A stretch of 64,000 nucleotides of DNA from Nitrosopumilus sp. (GTDB taxonomy: Archaea > Thermoproteota > Nitrososphaeria > Nitrososphaerales > Nitrosopumilaceae): assembly GCA_963667665.2 (NCBI GenBank), contig OY763927.2:128001-192000 (forward strand). Direction: 5' to 3'. A program made the position numbers and the translations under genes. This document shows positions 59,370 through 64,000 of the stretch, in pieces. The notes under the pieces were generated by a model that ran no database searches, was not told where the DNA came from, and worked only from the letters and a program-made list of their open reading frames with translations. Numbering within the stretch: position 1 is the stretch's first letter; each line of letters opens with the position of its first letter.

Positions 59370-59442
59370 TAGCCCGGGCCAGACTCGAACTGGCGTCACG
59401 GGCTTCAAAGGCCCATATGCTTGACCTCTACACTACCGGGCT
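59370..59442 (-). tRNA. tRNA-Gln(UUG)
   Basis: AGCCCGG...CCGGGCT acceptor stem; TGGGC-CT-TTG-AA-GCCCG anticodon arm; GTTCGAGT T-loop. Confidence 0.95.
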
Positions 59443-59545
59443 GCAAAATCAGAATTTTTACAATTCTGAACCATGACATCTGTCTTTGTTAGATAAATCA
59501 GATAACATGAGTTTTCTGCAAGAATTACGAACTTAAGCGTATTGA

Positions 59546-59752
59546 TTATTTTCTAACTTTTCTATAAGCTGCAGTTCTACAATTGTTGTTGGCGCAAGCC
59601 GAAGGTAAATTAATTCCACCATCACCGTTAATTCTGGGATACCACTCAGTTCCACAGTTTGTGCATTTTAGCGGTTCTAATGTTACATGGTGCCCTTTTG
59701 ATTGTGTCCATTTAATCCATTTTGGTAATGGAGTTAGTTCTTTTTTAACCAA
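59546..59752 (-). CDS. Small zinc-ribbon protein
   Basis: CTNCGTEWYPR...PSACANNNC. Confidence 0.6.
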   Translation of the reverse strand: MVKKELTPLPKWIKWTQSKGHHVTLEPLKCTNCGTEWYPRINGDGGINLPSACANNNCRTAAYRKVRK

Positions 59753-59761
59753 TATTTGCCT

Positions 59762-60807
59762 CTAGTTAGAATCTGCCATTTTACGTCTAGTGCCCCATGC
59801 TTTATGAGCAGCTTCACTTTGCCTTTCTTTTTCACTGGTAGAATAACTTAGGGTTACATCATAAGCATGTTTTAGGCATTGAAAGATCAAATCTATATTT
59901 TCTGGAACGATGTGAATTCTTCTTTCAGAATTTTTTAAAAAAAACCATCCTTTGATTATTCTAATTCTTTCATCATCAATATCAAATTTTTCAGGATCAA
60001 TTCTAAACGAAATTCTTGCAGTATCTTTTTCACAAATCACTACTGCAAACATACTGCCTCGTTTTTCTCCCTTCATGATGTGCAAATAGTACCATCTGTT
60101 GTGAGGCTCCCCCTTGCAATCAAAAGTTTGCTCAATTTTTGAAATTAAATCTGTGACATTTTTTTTATTTTCAGGTGATGCACGTTCTAATTTTTCCTTC
60201 CAACCAATTTTTTCAGTTTTAGTATCATCGCCTAATTCTTGATAAATTGTTTCTTCTTTGCCAACAACCATTTTAGTAGATACTAATTTTTGACCATCTC
60301 TTTGGTAGAAGTTAAGTTCAACACATTTGATGTCAATACCTCGTACACGTAGATATCTACAAATATCTTCTATTTTTTCATCAATTTTTTCAGCTACAAT
60401 GTACAGTCGTTGGTTTTGGTTAAATGGTTCAGGAATTTCCTTGTAATCTGTTTCATATTTTTTGTATAAATCTGTAAAACCTGAAATATGTTTTTCTTTT
60501 GCAATTCGATTTAGATCTTCATATCGAATATCTTCTGCCCATACACCATATTCTAAAATTTGAGAAACAACTTCACGTGATGAAACTCCTTTTTTAGTTC
60601 AATGATTACAACGTTTCCATCTCTATCTAAGCCCATCAAATCTATTCTGGTTTTTGTTGCAGTAGGAACTTGTCTGCCAATTATGAAAATATCTTTATCT
60701 AAAATTTTGGGGTGTTTCTCAAGAAATTCTTCAATTTCGAATTCTTTATCAACTGTTTTCTTTTCATATTCGACTACTTTGTCATTTTCAATTAGATGTA
60801 TTCCCAA
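59762..60807 (-). pseudogene. NucS/DUF91-like PD-(D/E)xK endonuclease split by a -1 frameshift at ~60,590
   Basis: GRQV..RIDLMGLD..VIIELKK; the -1 frame continues GVSSREVVSQILEY... without a stop into ORF 59762-60271. Confidence 0.8.
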
Positions 60808-60857
60808 TGATAATTAATGAAACGAGTATCTAAAAAAGTAAGATCTGGGTCTCTTTT

Positions 60858-61427
60858 GTGATTTCTAGGATCCAACTTTTTAGTATGAACTTACGAACAG
60901 TTTCAGTGACTAGTCTTACTTTCTATGGAGGAGTAAATGAGATTGGAGGCAACAAAATCCTACTCCAAGACAAAGATACCAAGGTTTTTCTTGATTTTGG
61001 AATGAGTTTTGGCAAACGTGGGGATTATTTTGATACGTTCATGGGTCCAAGAACTGCCACTGGATTACGTGATTTTATAGAAACTGGGTTGATTCCTGAC
61101 TTGGATAGAGTTTATCGTAGTGATTTAATGGAGATGATGGGAAAAAGAGAAACAGATACTGACATTGATGCAGTACTGTTAACTCATGCACATGCAGATC
61201 ATGCTGACTACATTTCATTTTTGCACGAAGATATTCCAATCTACATGGGAGACACCTGTAAACTAATACTGGAAGCTATACGTGAACGTGGACAAAGAAG
61301 TTTTGAAAAAGAAATTCTAGCATACACATCAAAGATATTCACTTTAAACATCAATTATCTAACAACAATATTCAAGAACGTCTTAATGGTGAATTTAGAG
61401 ACAGAGAAAAAACCTTTAGAGGTTTGA
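60858..61427 (+). pseudogene. MBL-fold hydrolase (RNase J-like), 3'-truncated at ~61,322
   Basis: FYGGVNEIGGN, LDFG, THAHADH; the tail runs into transposase DNA. Confidence 0.8.
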
Positions 61428-61588
61428 AAAAGGATGATTCGCCAGCCATTACAGGAATGAAACTATACCACAATTACATCAGACTTCACATGAGTTTAGA
61501 TGGTGATACACCAGCTAAGAGAGCAGGAATTGAGATAAAGGGAGATAACAAGTGGATTACTATCATTCAGAATGCTAGTGAAAAATAA
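61322..61588 (+). mobile_element. C-terminal fragment of a DDE transposase (IS6-like)
   Basis: Manual translation NNNIQERLNGEFRDREKTFRGLKK...YHNYIRLHMSLDGDTPAKRAGI...WITIIQNA; no start codon. Confidence 0.8.
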
Positions 61589-61591
61589 AAT

Positions 61592-61939
61592 CTACTTTGG
61601 TTGATTTTTAAATTTTTCTTGTATTTCCTCAGGAGACATTATTATACCAAAGAATTTTTCATATTTTTGTAATTCATCATTAAATATGATAGCCCAAGTT
61701 TTCAACTGTACAGGTGTTAAGATAATAGTGCATTCTATATTTCTATTTATTGTTGCCTTTGATACTTTGATTTGATTTCCTTTTACTGCGTCTTGAAGAT
61801 TAAACGAATCATGTAAAACTGTTAATCTTAAACCATCATATCCTAAGTTGGTGATTTGCCCAGTTGGTATTATTTCTCTATAACAATCGCTTTCTCTCAC
61901 CGTTATATCTGGCTGTTCTGACATACTATTTTTCCCCAA
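61592..61939 (-). CDS. Hypothetical passenger protein (possibly DUF3467-like)
   Basis: 115-aa ORF convergent on the transposase fragment; IILTPVQLK. Confidence 0.55.
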   Translation of the reverse strand: MGKNSMSEQPDITVRESDCYREIIPTGQITNLGYDGLRLTVLHDSFNLQDAVKGNQIKVSKATINRNIECTIILTPVQLKTWAIIFNDELQKYEKFFGIIMSPEEIQEKFKNQPK

Positions 61940-62015
61940 AAACTGTATATAACCTTATCAAGCCAAATTGGTCTCAAAATTTCCAGCTCCCGACAGTTAA
62001 CACGAATAAGATTTT

Positions 62016-62267
62016 ATGATGACTCACGCTAAGTTAACAGAACCGATTAAACATCAAAGTTATACTGCTGAATCATGGCATAGTAGACTGATGGCAACCA
62101 ATGACACAGTAATAAGAAATCATTCACAACTAAAAAAATTCAGAAATTCTAAATGTGTAAAATGCGGAAAGCCATTTGTCCTTAATGATACAATTCATAC
62201 TACTACAAGCACAAGGAATGGCAGAAAGAGATATCATAAAAAATGCTGGGAATCAAAATATCATTAG
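62016..62267 (+). CDS. Small zinc-finger protein
   Basis: CVKCGKPF...YHKKCWE. Confidence 0.55.
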   Translation: MMTHAKLTEPIKHQSYTAESWHSRLMATNDTVIRNHSQLKKFRNSKCVKCGKPFVLNDTIHTTTSTRNGRKRYHKKCWESKYH

Positions 62268-62429
62268 TATATGGAGAATATGTGTTTGTACCAATATTAT
62301 CATTTTTGATATCATCCAATATATCATCTACAAACATGAATAATATTCCATCTAATTGTTCTTCGTGTTGATTTTTATCACTTGGGAAATAATCTAAAAG
62401 CATTTTGTTACCTCAATAATCATTTAATT

Positions 62430-62819
62430 TCAATAATTTAATTCAATTTTCTCAAATGGGAAATTCAATGAATAAACATATTCTCCATAAGGGGTATTTT
62501 CATTACACAACAAATCTGTGGCTCCAAAATATACAAAAAGAGTGTATTCAGCGTTATTTCTATCGTCATCATTGATTATTTTAGCATGGTATACTTTGGT
62601 ATCTTTATTTCTCTTTTGCATAAAATCTTTCAAACAGTTATTTTGTTCATTTTTGCTTTCATGTCTTTGCATATTTTCTGCAATATTACCTTGTCCAACA
62701 TAAATTGCCTTTAATTTATCATCAGATTTCTTTGCAATGACATAAACTCCATCATATGTAGACCAATCATAACTTCCATCTCCACCATAGTGAATTGGTT
62801 TACTCCATTTTAATTCCAT
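62430..62819 (-). CDS. GIY-YIG-like nuclease domain protein
   Basis: GVYVI...IYVGQG, RH, AE and LCN in GIY-YIG spacing. Confidence 0.6.
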   Translation of the reverse strand: MELKWSKPIHYGGDGSYDWSTYDGVYVIAKKSDDKLKAIYVGQGNIAENMQRHESKNEQNNCLKDFMQKRNKDTKVYHAKIINDDDRNNAEYTLFVYFGATDLLCNENTPYGEYVYSLNFPFEKIELNY

Positions 62820-62949
62820 ATCATTTATCTCCTATCACTTTTCTTCCTAGAAGATCCCATAAATCCATTAGGTAGTCCTAATTCTTTAGCCAATCTACCA
62901 CCAAAAGTTTCATGTTCAAAGTTTCTTTTGTAGCCAGAACCACCTCTAG

Positions 62950-64000
62950 CACTGTGCTTATCTGAAATACATACGGGAAGACATTACAGTTTACTGTTCC
63001 GAGGAATCCAAGCTCATCATGCAGAATTTTGACGAGACTGGAAATGGTGAGCAGTACTTGGATTTGACAGAAAAGTTCCAAATTCATGAAGGCAAAAGTG
63101 GTTCTACCAAGGGAAAAATGGTAAAAGAGAAGGGCGTTAAGATTCCAAGAGATGTCCGAGTCTTCAAAAGCGGCGAGGAGATCAATTTGGATTCAATTGT
63201 GGTCACCCCGATGCCAGTTGATCATTCAATTTCTGGAGTTCACGGATTCGTCCTAGAAACCTCAGACGGCATGATTGCCAATACGGCCGATCTCAGATTC
63301 CACGGACGCCGCAAGAAAGACACAGAAAACTTTGTCAAAAAATGTGCCGAGTCTTCCATCGATATCCTACTGTGTGAGGGCACCAGGATCGACAAGCAGT
63401 CCACGATGACCGAGTTTGACGTAGAAAGCAAAGTTACCGAAATCGTACGAACCACGAAAAACCTAGTAGTTTGTGGATATCCAATACGGGATCTGGATCG
63501 ATTGCAGTCGTTCTATCTTGCCGCAAAGGAAACCGGAAGGTACCTGGCAATCGAGCCAAAACAGGCGTATCTTTTGAAACTATTTGCAGAATCTGAAAAC
63601 CTCCAAGGGCTGTACCCGGATCCACAGGACAAGCACATCATGGTGTATATGCCAAAGGGAGAATGGGGTCTGATTGACAAGAACCTTAATCACTTTACCG
63701 AAAAGCTGCTGAATGAAGATTATCAGGTTTGGGCTCGAGAATTCTTGAATTATGACAACCGTATTGATTACCGGGGTGTCCGGGAGAAACAGGGCGAGAT
63801 AATGCTATCCCTGAGTGACTTTAAACTGCAGGAATTAATCGACATTCGACCTAATACTGGTTCAAGCTACATACGGTCCTTGACAGAACCCTTCGACATG
63901 GAAATGGAGTTGAAAGAAGAGAGAATAAAGAACTGGTTTGAGAGATTCGGACTTTTGTCAAATGAAAAGGAATGGCACCAAATCCATGTTTCTGGACACG
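62950..64000 (+). pseudogene. Second MBL-fold (RNase J-like) paralog, 5'-truncated, running off the window
   Basis: Open frame after TAG 62947: HCAYLKYIREDITVY...VDHS...DLRFHG...LLCEGT...HVSGH; HxHxD and everything before it are missing. Confidence 0.8.

Noticed and set aside
38700-64000. A complete diversity-generating retroelement in this window
   Set aside because: No reverse transcriptase, Avd or non-coding template repeat seen; kept only as a trans-acting hypothesis.
60858-64000. One MBL gene interrupted by an intron or simple insertion
   Set aside because: The two pieces overlap in homologous sequence and are divergent, so they are separate paralogs.

Overview
Archaeal DNA, most likely a Nitrosopumilus-like ammonia-oxidising thaumarchaeote (inferred from gene content and AT-rich style). 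Bases 1-~38,600 are ordinary core genome: mre11-herA-nurA, nadX/nadA/nadC, spt4/rpoE', Mrp, H+-PPase, a blue-copper protein, ctaB, cdc48, EF-1beta, pth2, truD, a DEAD-box helicase, tRNA-Thr and a candidate box C/D sRNA. From ~38,700 to tRNA-Gln (59,370) lies a visibly more GC-rich island dominated by one 17.3-kb gene for a 5781-aa surface protein. It contains a 7-blade propeller, three DUF285/BspA-like solenoids whose 24 repeats each carry a different set of residues at four fixed positions, 19 near-identical 246-bp Ig-like repeats, and an array of Ig domains carrying inserted proprotein-convertase P-domains. A G15 tract in a short upstream ORF whose stop overlaps the TTG start could act as a phase-variable switch. 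The gene is flanked by integrase, IS481 and IS630 remnants and a decayed Dcm/Vsr locus. Beyond tRNA-Gln are a frameshifted NucS-like nuclease, two truncated MBL-fold paralogs and an IS6-like remnant with passenger genes. All family calls come from motif recognition by eye, not from database searches.
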